Shown piece after piece: positions 8,655 to 17,264 of a stretch of 39,561 nucleotides of DNA (positions are counted from its first letter, which is position 1; each line of letters begins with the position of its first letter). A program made the translations under genes and the position numbers. Origin of the DNA: Candidatus Obscuribacterales bacterium (lineage in GTDB: Bacteria > Cyanobacteriota > Vampirovibrionia > Obscuribacterales > Obscuribacteraceae); contig DATNRC010000349.1 of NCBI GenBank assembly GCA_036703705.1, positions 1-39,561 of the forward strand, given 5' to 3'. Under the pieces are notes generated by a model, which was given only the letters and a program-made list of their open reading frames with translations, had not been told where the DNA came from and did not search any database.

Positions 8655-8969
8655 GCAAGCCGAAAGTGCTAATGCTAAGAGAAGTATCGTCGAGCTCCTG
8701 ATGAACAAAGACTGCGGTATCAACCCAAGCGACCTCCAGAGTCCGTCATCTTAAATCCCATTCTAACTTGGAGGGCATTGGAAAATCACGTTTTGTGGCA
8801 ATTGCGAAAACGGAAATCTGCAACATTAATACGTGACCACAGATGTGGAGGCGAATCCGACACTGTTGAGCGTTCCGAGTATGAGACAATCACTGCGACG
8901 GATCATGCGAGGAAGTCATGGGGCTCTGTAGATTTTCCGTCCTTGATGGATGCCCAGTTCAAATGATTT

Positions 8970-10835
8970 GTGAGGAGAACGTCGATGCGATTGCCTTTGC
9001 GAGTGGTAGTGCCGGCGGTGCTATGCGCTCTGACCATTGTATGTCCAGTGCAAGCGGCCAAAGAGACGCCATATGAGAAGATGATGGCCGGAATTGCGGC
9101 GAGCGCAGGAAAGAAGAGCGAGCGCGATCGGCTCTGGGAGATCTTCAAACTGGACTGGCGCCATCAGATGGACGAATATCCTGAATGGGCAACGAGTGTC
9201 GGGGAGCCTGGCAGGAATGGACGTTGGACTGACGACTCAATGGAATCGATTAAAAGGCGAAAGCGGGAGTTGGATGCTCCTTTGAAAGCTCTCAAAAGCA
9301 TTGATCGCTCCCAATTGGACGAGCAAGACAGGCTGAATTACGACATCTTCAAATACAGTCTTGATGTGGCCGTCGAAGGAAGACGCTTTCCTGGAGAGCT
9401 CCTGCCGGTGTGCCAATTGGAGGGCGTGCAGCAAACGGCGGCCCTTACCCTGGTACAAAATCCGAATGCAACTGTGCGCGATTATGAAGACATACTCTCG
9501 CGATTGCGTGGCATACCGGTAGTGATCGAGCAGACACTGGCTCTTATGAACGAAGGGTTGAAGAAAAACATCACGCCGCCAAGAATCACATTGCGCGACG
9601 TGCCCAGGCAGATCAAAAGCCAGATTGTGGAATACCCGGAAAAGAGCCCACTGTTCGAGCCCTTCAAAAACTTTCCCGCAACTATTTCATCCGCCGAGCA
9701 AGCAAGACTACGCGCCGCTGCCGTGAGCACAATTCGCGACTCCGTCGTGCCGTCCTATAAGAAGATGCTCGACTTCTTCGTCAGCCAGTACGAGCCAAAG
9801 TGCCGCGATTCGATAAGCCTCGCAGATTTGCCCGAGGGCAAGCAATGGTATGCGCACAAAGTGAAATCGAGCACCACATTGAATCTAACCCCTGAGGAAA
9901 TTCACGAGATAGGATTGTCGGAAGTTAAAAGAATACGCTCTGAGATGGAAGCGCTTGCGGCCAAAAGCGGCTTTCAGGGCTCCTTTCAGGAATTCCTGCA
10001 GTATTTGCGAACGGACAAGAGATTCTTCTACGATAATGCCGACGATCTCCTCATAGGCTATCGCGACATCGCCAAGCGAATTGATCCGGAGTTGATCAAG
10101 CAATTCGGCAAACTGCCCAGGCTGCAGTATGGTATTGAGCCCGTGCCGGCTTTTTCCGAAAAGGCGCAGCCGACTGCATACTATCGTTCGGGCAACTTGA
10201 ATCCCGGGCGAGCGGGAGTGTTCTTCGCCAACACTTACGATTTGAAGTCGCGACCAAAATGGGAGATGGAGCCACTTACGCTGCACGAAGCCGTGCCCGG
10301 TCATCACCTGCAGATTTCTCTGGCTCAGGAGATGGAATCGCTTCCGGATTTTCGCAAGCACGGGGGCTTTACCGCTTATGTTGAAGGCTGGGGACTCTAC
10401 GCCGAAAGTCTGGGCAGTGAGCTGGGAATGTACAAGGATACGTATTCAAAATTTGGACAGCTCAGTTTCGACATGTGGCGTTCAATCCGTCTTGTGCTCG
10501 ACACCGGCATACATGCGAAGGGCTGGACGCGGCAGCAGGCAATTGATTTCTTCAAGGAGAACTCCAGCAAGCCTATTCATGACATAGAGGTGGAGGTCGA
10601 CCGCTACATCGTTTGGCCGGGACAGGCGCTAGCCTATAAGCTTGGACAGCTAAGGATCAAAGAGTTGAAGCAAAAGGCAAGAGCTGAGCTGGGCGACAAA
10701 TTCGATGTGCGTGCTTTTCACGATCATGTGCTGGGCATGGGAGCGGTTCCTCTAAGCGTGCTTAGCGAACAGACTCAGGAGTGGATAGACAAATCTCGCA
10801 AGTTGGCAGCCAGCAATAGATATGTTTCGAACTAA
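8970..10835 (+). CDS. DUF885 family protein (metallopeptidase-like), secreted
   Basis: 621 aa. Signal peptide MRLPLRVVVPAVLCALTIVCPVQA. HEAVPGHHLQ motif and overall layout typical of DUF885. Confidence 0.9.
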   Translation: MRRTSMRLPLRVVVPAVLCALTIVCPVQAAKETPYEKMMAGIAASAGKKSERDRLWEIFKLDWRHQMDEYPEWATSVGEPGRNGRWTDDSMESIKRRKRELDAPLKALKSIDRSQLDEQDRLNYDIFKYSLDVAVEGRRFPGELLPVCQLEGVQQTAALTLVQNPNATVRDYEDILSRLRGIPVVIEQTLALMNEGLKKNITPPRITLRDVPRQIKSQIVEYPEKSPLFEPFKNFPATISSAEQARLRAAAVSTIRDSVVPSYKKMLDFFVSQYEPKCRDSISLADLPEGKQWYAHKVKSSTTLNLTPEEIHEIGLSEVKRIRSEMEALAAKSGFQGSFQEFLQYLRTDKRFFYDNADDLLIGYRDIAKRIDPELIKQFGKLPRLQYGIEPVPAFSEKAQPTAYYRSGNLNPGRAGVFFANTYDLKSRPKWEMEPLTLHEAVPGHHLQISLAQEMESLPDFRKHGGFTAYVEGWGLYAESLGSELGMYKDTYSKFGQLSFDMWRSIRLVLDTGIHAKGWTRQQAIDFFKENSSKPIHDIEVEVDRYIVWPGQALAYKLGQLRIKELKQKARAELGDKFDVRAFHDHVLGMGAVPLSVLSEQTQEWIDKSRKLAASNRYVSN

Positions 10836-10968
10836 CTAAGGTCGAGCGAAAGACTTCTTTTTAGGTACTTGCAATGGCGAGCTGAATTTGAAGGAAAGAC
10901 GTCGCGCCATTGACGTCGGAAAGACTGAAGCGTCTTATCTCACCACATTTGGAAACGCACCTGCCGGC

Positions 10969-11970
10969 TTATTTCCAGAATGCCAGTGTTGGTTGGCGAT
11001 AAATCTGCCTGAAGATTGGGCTTATGCCGTACCAAATGGGAGGCGTGGTCTGGGCGACGCGATCATTTGCTTCGACCATTGCAAAAGCCACTGGATATTT
11101 GCGATCTCGCGACAAGGAGTCGTTGCGCCCCTGCGATTCTGCTTCGCCATAAGCCCGGAAGCGAGAAATTTTCGCTGTGGACGCGTCTATTTCCATGTTG
11201 CCGGAGATTGTTCCGTCCATCATTCCAGCACCATGCTCGGCAAAACGATTGCACTGCGATACGAAACGCCCCGTAAAGGCATATTTGCGGATGTTGCCGC
11301 TGTTGCTCAATAATCTCACTTTGAAATCTGCTGTCTTTACATGTTTCTCGTCCCACGGCTGCATAATGTTGCCGACATGGTTGAGCAGTTGAAACCGCAC
11401 CATTCGTGCTGTAAGTGAACGTGGCATTTCTACATTGACGTTCGGGCTGTGTGCGTCGGAAATGATTTGTTTCACCTCATCCGCAAATATCCACATGTGA
11501 TCCCTGCCGATGCTGCGTTCTGATAGTGAAGAGTTTTGCCCTATCGGTGCAATGCGGCTGTATATGCGGACAACGGAGGTGCCTGCTTCTGGTTGGAGCG
11601 GACCGCTGCGGGCTATTTCATCCTGGGTTATGCGCACCGCTGCCGGTGCAGATCGGTGAAACTCCTGCACAGCTCTGTCGAGTTCTCTCAAGAAATCATC
11701 CGCCTCATACGCCAGACCTATCTTGTACATGAATACCTGTCCGTCTGCACTCATGACGTAAAAGCCTTGAGTTGTCTTGAACTGTTCCCAGAAGTTCGGC
11801 TGCTGTGTCTTAATAGCATTTTTGGCGCGTTCTTCAAACCACTGAGAAGCTGGCGATTCGTGCGCCCCATAACGGCTTGGTTGAAGCAATTCAACAGCGC
11901 CATTTACCGGAATGAACTCGCGGAGAATGTAGGAAATTATCTTTGGATCGTTCATGAGCACACGGCTCAA
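10969..11970 (-). CDS. C-terminal part of a thioredoxin-fold protein (downstream of an in-frame TGA)
   Basis: Same frame as ORF 11983-12909, separated only by TGA 11985..11983 and four codons. Track start is a TTG with no SD. Begins inside a predicted Trx-fold helix (LSRVLMNDPKIISYILREFIPV). Confidence 0.7.
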   Translation of the reverse strand: MSRVLMNDPKIISYILREFIPVNGAVELLQPSRYGAHESPASQWFEERAKNAIKTQQPNFWEQFKTTQGFYVMSADGQVFMYKIGLAYEADDFLRELDRAVQEFHRSAPAAVRITQDEIARSGPLQPEAGTSVVRIYSRIAPIGQNSSLSERSIGRDHMWIFADEVKQIISDAHSPNVNVEMPRSLTARMVRFQLLNHVGNIMQPWDEKHVKTADFKVRLLSNSGNIRKYAFTGRFVSQCNRFAEHGAGMMDGTISGNMEIDASTAKISRFRAYGEAESQGRNDSLSRDRKYPVAFAMVEANDRVAQTTPPIWYGISPIFRQIYRQPTLAFWK

Positions 11971-11982
11971 GTGTCCATTGCC

Positions 11983-12858
11983 TCAAGTCGCTCCCAACAC
12001 ATTGCCATCCATACTCCAGACGAAAAGCGGCTTGTGTTGTTGTTGCGCTCGCGCTCGGGCTGCGGTCAAATTGCACTCCCATGGGACCTGCAGCCAACGC
12101 TCCTCTTCTTTTCTCGGCAATACGGCCTCGATCTTTTGTTCCAACGGCAGCGCAGGGTTTGGCCGAGCAGTTACGTAGAGCGGACAGGATCCGATGTTTC
12201 CGCAGGCAGCGACATCTGCAGCGTCTTTCCTGGGCGCTGTCCTTGCCTCGGGAAGAGCGCTCACCGCATACGATACCATTTGTTGGGGCAGTTCGATGCT
12301 GCTGAGCGTTTGTGCCCATGCCATCATGTTAGGTTGTTGTGGTATCAGCAGTTGGGTAAATGCAAAATTGTAAATCCTCTTTTCGGCAGGAATCAAAACT
12401 TGCTGTTGACGTACCGGATATCCCTGATATGTAAGCTTGAGCTGCCGTGAAAGCGCCGGAATGTTCTTGTGCCGCCCTATGAGTACGTATTCCCTGCTCA
12501 GCTCTTTGAACCCGGGAAGTTTGGAGAGAAAATATCGATCAACGATATTGAGCCAGTCTGTCAATCGAAGATTCAATTCATTGTCGGAGGCGGAAAGGGA
12601 AATGTCGCAGGCGGCCCTCTCCGACGAGACCTTGACGAGAGTATCTTTGTCGGGATGCTTTTCGACTTTCCATCCTTTTGGATAAGAGAAGCTTACCCCT
12701 GTGGAATGGACATAAGTCTCGGTTGGCTCCGAATCGGAAGCGCTCACGTTGTCCGGCGAAGACGGCGGGGATGCTGCATTGGCGCATAGCCCTCCTGACA
12801 GAAACCCGGCGACTGCAAGAGCGGTTACAAGAAGTGAGTTTTGCTTTGCGAACTTCAT
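11983..12858 (-). CDS. N-terminal part of a secreted thioredoxin-fold protein (ends at in-frame TGA)
   Basis: Start moved to ATG 12858: MKFAKQNSLLVTALAVAGFLSGGLCANA signal peptide. C-terminus WECNLTAARARAQQQHKPLFVWSMDGNVLGAT-stop matches the Thioredoxin_7-like pattern W..L..A...A....KP(l/f)(l/f)v up to the position of the redox Cys. Confidence 0.7.
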   Translation of the reverse strand: MKFAKQNSLLVTALAVAGFLSGGLCANAASPPSSPDNVSASDSEPTETYVHSTGVSFSYPKGWKVEKHPDKDTLVKVSSERAACDISLSASDNELNLRLTDWLNIVDRYFLSKLPGFKELSREYVLIGRHKNIPALSRQLKLTYQGYPVRQQQVLIPAEKRIYNFAFTQLLIPQQPNMMAWAQTLSSIELPQQMVSYAVSALPEARTAPRKDAADVAACGNIGSCPLYVTARPNPALPLEQKIEAVLPRKEEERWLQVPWECNLTAARARAQQQHKPLFVWSMDGNVLGAT

Positions 12859-13162
12859 TTGCACAATCCAATTTTTCACAATCAAAGACAGTGGATGACA
12901 AGAATACAAGGAATCGCTTTGGTCAGCAACTCCATGTGCTGGTCCCGGTCATAGTACGGTGACCCGCCTGGAGATAAGTTCCGACTTCGGATTCGCCGTG
13001 AAGTGTTGACACTGCCGGTAGTTCGCAGGGTTGCGATGAGTTTCCAATCGCCGATTGAGGTGGTGATGAGCGAGGTGTTTCGCTTGTCCGGCTTATCTGG
13101 CGTTGATGTATCAGCATCAGTTCGCGTGCTGCTGATTCCTCGGTTTGCTGATTGTTTGTTGG

Positions 13163-13708
13163 TTAGCCCGCTGATGCCTCAGTTGTTGGGTGCGCTTCCA
13201 TCTTGTTTGCTCTGTCTGGGACGATTACCTCTTTGAGCTCTACCGATGTGATGCGCACTCCCCACCTTCGCGTTCGCTTGCTCAGCTCAGTTTTCACATT
13301 GCAGTTCAGCTCGCCTCTTCCCAGGATGAAATCTTGCAAGCTGTGCATGCTGATCACATCGTGAAGCACGGCTTGTGAATTCTCAATGGTCGCTCGAATG
13401 GGATCGTCGACTTTGAGCACGGCTCTCACCGGATCGACTATTTGAAATGTGCACAATGCCGACAACTTGACCTTTTGATTGTCTGCTGTTGTGCAATCTA
13501 TCGTTGGAATCGGGGAGGCTATGATGCGCGTGTCGACAACAACTTCTCGATCGATTATGGGCAAAACCATTTGTACTCCCGGACCTTTGGAGCAATGTAC
13601 TCTCCCTAAGCGAAAGACAACCAGCCGATTGTATTCGCGGACGAATTTCACTCCTGACAGGAGCACCATGATCGACAAAAAAAGAATGCCACCACAAATT
13701 TCGAGCAC
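13163..13708 (-). CDS. SPFH/band 7 (stomatin-like) domain protein
   Basis: N-terminal TM helix, then VREYNRLVVFRLGRV..GPGVQMVLPIIDREVVVDTRI, typical of the SPFH family. Confidence 0.88.
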   Translation of the reverse strand: MLEICGGILFLSIMVLLSGVKFVREYNRLVVFRLGRVHCSKGPGVQMVLPIIDREVVVDTRIIASPIPTIDCTTADNQKVKLSALCTFQIVDPVRAVLKVDDPIRATIENSQAVLHDVISMHSLQDFILGRGELNCNVKTELSKRTRRWGVRITSVELKEVIVPDRANKMEAHPTTEASAG

Positions 13709-13785
13709 GGTACATCCTCCCGCTTCTTCTTGCCATGTTAGATTGGGCGAAAGCAGCCGTGAGGACCATAAACTCCAGATCAGCC

Positions 13786-14337
13786 TCAGGGATTTCCCTG
13801 ATCCTCAACTTCCGATGATGAAATGCGGCTCATGTTTTGTGCGGCTCGGACAGCGATGGCGAGGTCGGGCGTCTGGTGCCCGAGTAGTGGCGCAGCAAAT
13901 CCTCCAGAACTCCTGTTTTGTTCTGTTTGCTGACGGTCGCATTGCTTTCGAGATAGGCAGAGAAGGAATCGAACAGCAGCAAGGGGCTGTCGACACGCGT
14001 CTTTGATGCTCCGGATGTCCCTGAAGGCGGCAACATCTCGCGGAATTTGTCGATCGTTTGGGCGCGGTGCGCGGTCTAAGCTCTTTTCCCACTCCGCGAC
14101 AACCGAACGAGCAGCTTTTTGAATCGCCAGGGGATTGTGCAAGGTGAATGTGTCACCATTGGCAGTGCGAAGCAATTCTTGTCCCAGATGAGAAAGAGCT
14201 GCTTGAGCCCTGCTGGCGATATCGTCATTACCGGAGGATGCAACCCGATCGGCGCCCGATTTTGAATATTCGCCCGCTGCTGTGCTATCGGCTTCCGGCA
14301 AAGCTGACACGCAACCTCCCCGTGAACATTCGTTCAC
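13786..14337 (-). CDS. hypothetical protein, probably frameshifted near 14080
   Basis: The first ~90 codons look protein-like. After ..AEWEKSL the frame becomes R/Q/C-rich, while the overlapping frame (13830-14075) reads TAHRAQTIDKFREMLPPSG...LLLFDSFSAYLESNATVSKQNKTGVLEDLLRHY. Confidence 0.4.
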   Translation of the reverse strand: MNECSRGGCVSALPEADSTAAGEYSKSGADRVASSGNDDIASRAQAALSHLGQELLRTANGDTFTLHNPLAIQKAARSVVAEWEKSLDRAPRPNDRQIPRDVAAFRDIRSIKDACRQPLAAVRFLLCLSRKQCDRQQTEQNRSSGGFAAPLLGHQTPDLAIAVRAAQNMSRISSSEVEDQGNP

Positions 14338-14597
14338 AAGAATTGGAGACTATGCAGCGGGGTGAGCCGTCTAGCGTCCTAAGTTGATTACTTCGAAGGT
14401 GGGGTCCTCACATTGTATTGCTTATAGCTCCGTTGTCAACGGGACGGCTGAGCTGCTGTTGTGTGAAGTCTCGCATGGTTGTCGCTTGGATTAAAGAGGC
14501 CGGTGGTATATGAAAGGTGTTCCGGCGCCGAACACTGACTTTAAATGGCAAAGTGCTCTCAATCGATGTGCTAGTCCATTCGCCACAGGGACGTAAA

Positions 14598-15650
14598 ATG
14601 CCACCTGCATCAAAGCCAGCCAATAAGCTTGTTGCCTTTATTATTGCCGTTCTTTTTCCCTGGAGTGGCTTCTTGCTTGCTGGCTGCACGGAGCAAAAGA
14701 GCACCCTCGAGAGTGCGAAGCAATCGCTTGCGCTCGGGAAAGCACACTGGAAAGAGGCCAAACTCCAGTTCGCCTCCGCATTGGCAAGTGCCAAAAAGAA
14801 GAATGACTCTCTAACGGCGGCCCGGATTCACATCTCTTTGGGAAAAATCGCCCTTTTTGAGTCCGATTACGTAAAAGCGTTCAATGATTTCAGCGAAGCG
14901 CTGAAGTTATTGAAAGACAGGCAGAATGATTTCCGAGAAGATTACCTCGGTGCGCTTGTAGGTGCTGCCGAAGCGCAAACGTTGCGAGGTCTGTTTCGCC
15001 AAGCGCGAGCTGCATTGACTGAGGCAAGAGGGCTTGCCGATAAGTGGAAACCACAGGCGGAGATTCTGGGAGACATAGAGCTTGCTGATGCTAGGCTTGC
15101 GGCAAAAGCTGACAACAAGCGCGAGAATGCTGCCTCGTTTTATGAGAAGGCGTTGCAAGCATACGAAAAATCGTCCACCATGGACGCCGAGAAAAAAACG
15201 GAGGCTTGGCTTGAAAGCGCGCACTTTTACTCCAGCATCCCATGGAAGAGGCAGGCGTGCATACAGGCAGAAGGGGCAATCAAATCCGCATCGGGCATCG
15301 TTGACGAAGCTGCGCGGACGGAGCTTGTCCGGCAGGCTAACGACATCATTCAGTTGAATCCTACGGTGAGCAGCCAGAGCAATCAAGCTCCATCAGTACC
15401 AGCAAACGCGCCCATTCAAGTTACGCCTTCGATTCCCGCTGTTCCTCCGCAGAGCGCTGCTGTCTCGCACCCCACATCCATCGATGTGACGACGTTGCAA
15501 GAGGAGGCAGAGTTGCGGAGACAGCAGTTGGAGCAGATAAGGCGCGCGCAAGAGTATACAAGAGAGATGGGACGTATTCAGGACGCAAACTTCAAGCGCG
15601 TGACGGAAGAACTTCGCCGGCAGAGTTATCCTGCGGGACAGAGTCCGTAG
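14598..15650 (+). CDS. TPR-like lipoprotein with P/Q-rich C-terminus
   Basis: Start moved to ATG 14598 (AGGGA SD). MPPASKPANKLVAFIIAVLFPWSGFLLAGC has an LAGC lipobox. Helical TPR-like repeats follow (AARIHISLGKIALFESDYVKAFNDFSEALKL). Confidence 0.8.
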   Translation: MPPASKPANKLVAFIIAVLFPWSGFLLAGCTEQKSTLESAKQSLALGKAHWKEAKLQFASALASAKKKNDSLTAARIHISLGKIALFESDYVKAFNDFSEALKLLKDRQNDFREDYLGALVGAAEAQTLRGLFRQARAALTEARGLADKWKPQAEILGDIELADARLAAKADNKRENAASFYEKALQAYEKSSTMDAEKKTEAWLESAHFYSSIPWKRQACIQAEGAIKSASGIVDEAARTELVRQANDIIQLNPTVSSQSNQAPSVPANAPIQVTPSIPAVPPQSAAVSHPTSIDVTTLQEEAELRRQQLEQIRRAQEYTREMGRIQDANFKRVTEELRRQSYPAGQSP

Positions 15651-15763
15651 ATGTAGATCTAGATCCGCTTAGAAGGATTTTTCGCTCCGCGACGAGTAAA
15701 TGAAACGAAAACACAGTGTCCGCCCAGCTCTCCATTCACAGCGAGCCTCAATCCGGTGACAAG

Positions 15764-16696
15764 TCACTCGTCCCTGGGATCTAAGATTCCGTCTTCTCTG
15801 TACTCGAGAATCTGTTTGCGTAACTGCAGCAGAGTGCCGTCAACTGGATCCAGTCCTGATTTGTTGCTCAAGGGAAGCTGCTCTTTGATGATGCGCATTC
15901 TTTCTTGCAATTCATATACTGTGCTTTCCAGTCGCTTTGCGCTTTCTCGTCGGACGACATTTGCTGAGACGCCTGTCGTGAGCAGCCCAACCATGACGAG
16001 GTAATAGGCGTTCCAGTCGGATGGCCAAATGGCATTCAAGATTGCCCAGAGAGGAAAAGCGCCTACCGACCAATAGGAAACAGCCCTCAGGCGCTCCTTG
16101 CTCGCTGCTTTCTTGCTGTTACACAAGAGTCCTGCTGATAAGGCGAGGAACATTGCTGACATGGCAAGCAGCGTGCTCTGGTAAGAAGCCGTCATCACCC
16201 AGGCATAGGCAACGAACGCAAAACAAGCAACGGCTATCAAAAGAACAGGATACAGTCCAAACTCCTGCTTGAGGTCTTTGCCATGCTTTGCAAGCACAAA
16301 TGCCAATCCAGCACACCAGGCAAAAATAGCGATGTAGGTCATAGTCAAAACTGCTGGCAACAACTTGGTTCCAAACGGAACGTACAGCTTCAGCACCACA
16401 TACGCTACCAAGAGCACGCCGGCGAGAATCAAATAAGTCTTCCAATTCAACTTTACGAGATTGCGCAACCACACAGGGGATGCAAGCGTGTCGGACAGCG
16501 ATGCCAGCCAGACGAAAACATACACGTTGAGCGTAATCACTGCCGCGCTCAAATAGATTTGGCATTCCCAGCTTTGCGCAGGCAAGACATTGGGAAGATA
16601 GAAAGCGAGCGCAAAAAGCGGTCCCAGGGCGAGCGCAGACCACTTTCGTATCTTGCGACGAACGGTGAAGATTGATTTTTCCGCAACAAAAGCCAC
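15764..16696 (-). CDS. polytopic membrane protein, unknown function
   Basis: 310 aa with about 8 hydrophobic helices and a charged C-terminal tail (RRESAKRLESTVYELQERMRIIKEQL). Confidence 0.8.
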   Translation of the reverse strand: MAFVAEKSIFTVRRKIRKWSALALGPLFALAFYLPNVLPAQSWECQIYLSAAVITLNVYVFVWLASLSDTLASPVWLRNLVKLNWKTYLILAGVLLVAYVVLKLYVPFGTKLLPAVLTMTYIAIFAWCAGLAFVLAKHGKDLKQEFGLYPVLLIAVACFAFVAYAWVMTASYQSTLLAMSAMFLALSAGLLCNSKKAASKERLRAVSYWSVGAFPLWAILNAIWPSDWNAYYLVMVGLLTTGVSANVVRRESAKRLESTVYELQERMRIIKEQLPLSNKSGLDPVDGTLLQLRKQILEYREDGILDPRDE

Positions 16697-16780
16697 TTTT
16701 CGTCCTGCCTATCGTCTGATGTTTTGCCACTTACTGTAGTTGATGGGATCCATGAATGACGAGGACGAGCCTCGAATGAG

Positions 16781-17218
16781 TTAGTCGCGCAGCAGGGGAA
16801 GCGTGCCAAACAGAGTGTCGACGAATGATTTGACGTAATCCTTCCCTCGGCTGGCATCAAGCTGAGACGTTCCGTTTCTAATCTCAATTGCCATCCGTTG
16901 AGCGGTGTCGAATGCTTGCCCGGCGATGGCCATGTCACCAAAGCCGCCTATCAACTCCATTCCAACCACGCCGGACGGGTTTTGAGAAGTCGCCGCTCGG
17001 GCATCTTGCAGCATGACGAAATCCAGCGACGACGATTGAATACTTAGCGAAATGTCCTTAGATTGCGTTGCTTCACGCAAGGCAAGACCTGCTGACCGGG
17101 ACCATGAAGCGGGTGTGAAACTTTCACCAGCGGGTGTCGTTTGTGCTTCTAATGCCTGGTTTTTGGTAGTGCTGCCCACGAATATTTCTCGCCGGATAAT
17201 GAACATCGATGGGTTCAC
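16781..17218 (-). CDS. hypothetical protein
   Basis: 145-aa ORF between the kinase and the membrane protein, same strand. No recognisable domain. Confidence 0.55.
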   Translation of the reverse strand: MNPSMFIIRREIFVGSTTKNQALEAQTTPAGESFTPASWSRSAGLALREATQSKDISLSIQSSSLDFVMLQDARAATSQNPSGVVGMELIGGFGDMAIAGQAFDTAQRMAIEIRNGTSQLDASRGKDYVKSFVDTLFGTLPLLRD

Positions 17219-17264
17219 TACCTATATACCCAATTGTGGCTGAAATCCACGTCCCGAGCCTGTC

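Noticed and set aside
11536-12450. 304-aa plus-strand ORF
   Set aside because: It is antisense to the thioredoxin-fold gene pair. Cys/Arg-rich, no SD, no recognisable motif.
16119-16730. 203-aa minus-strand ORF overlapping the 8-TM membrane protein gene
   Set aside because: It is an alternative frame of the same strand with Cys/Arg-rich composition. The 15764-16696 frame gives regular TM helices.
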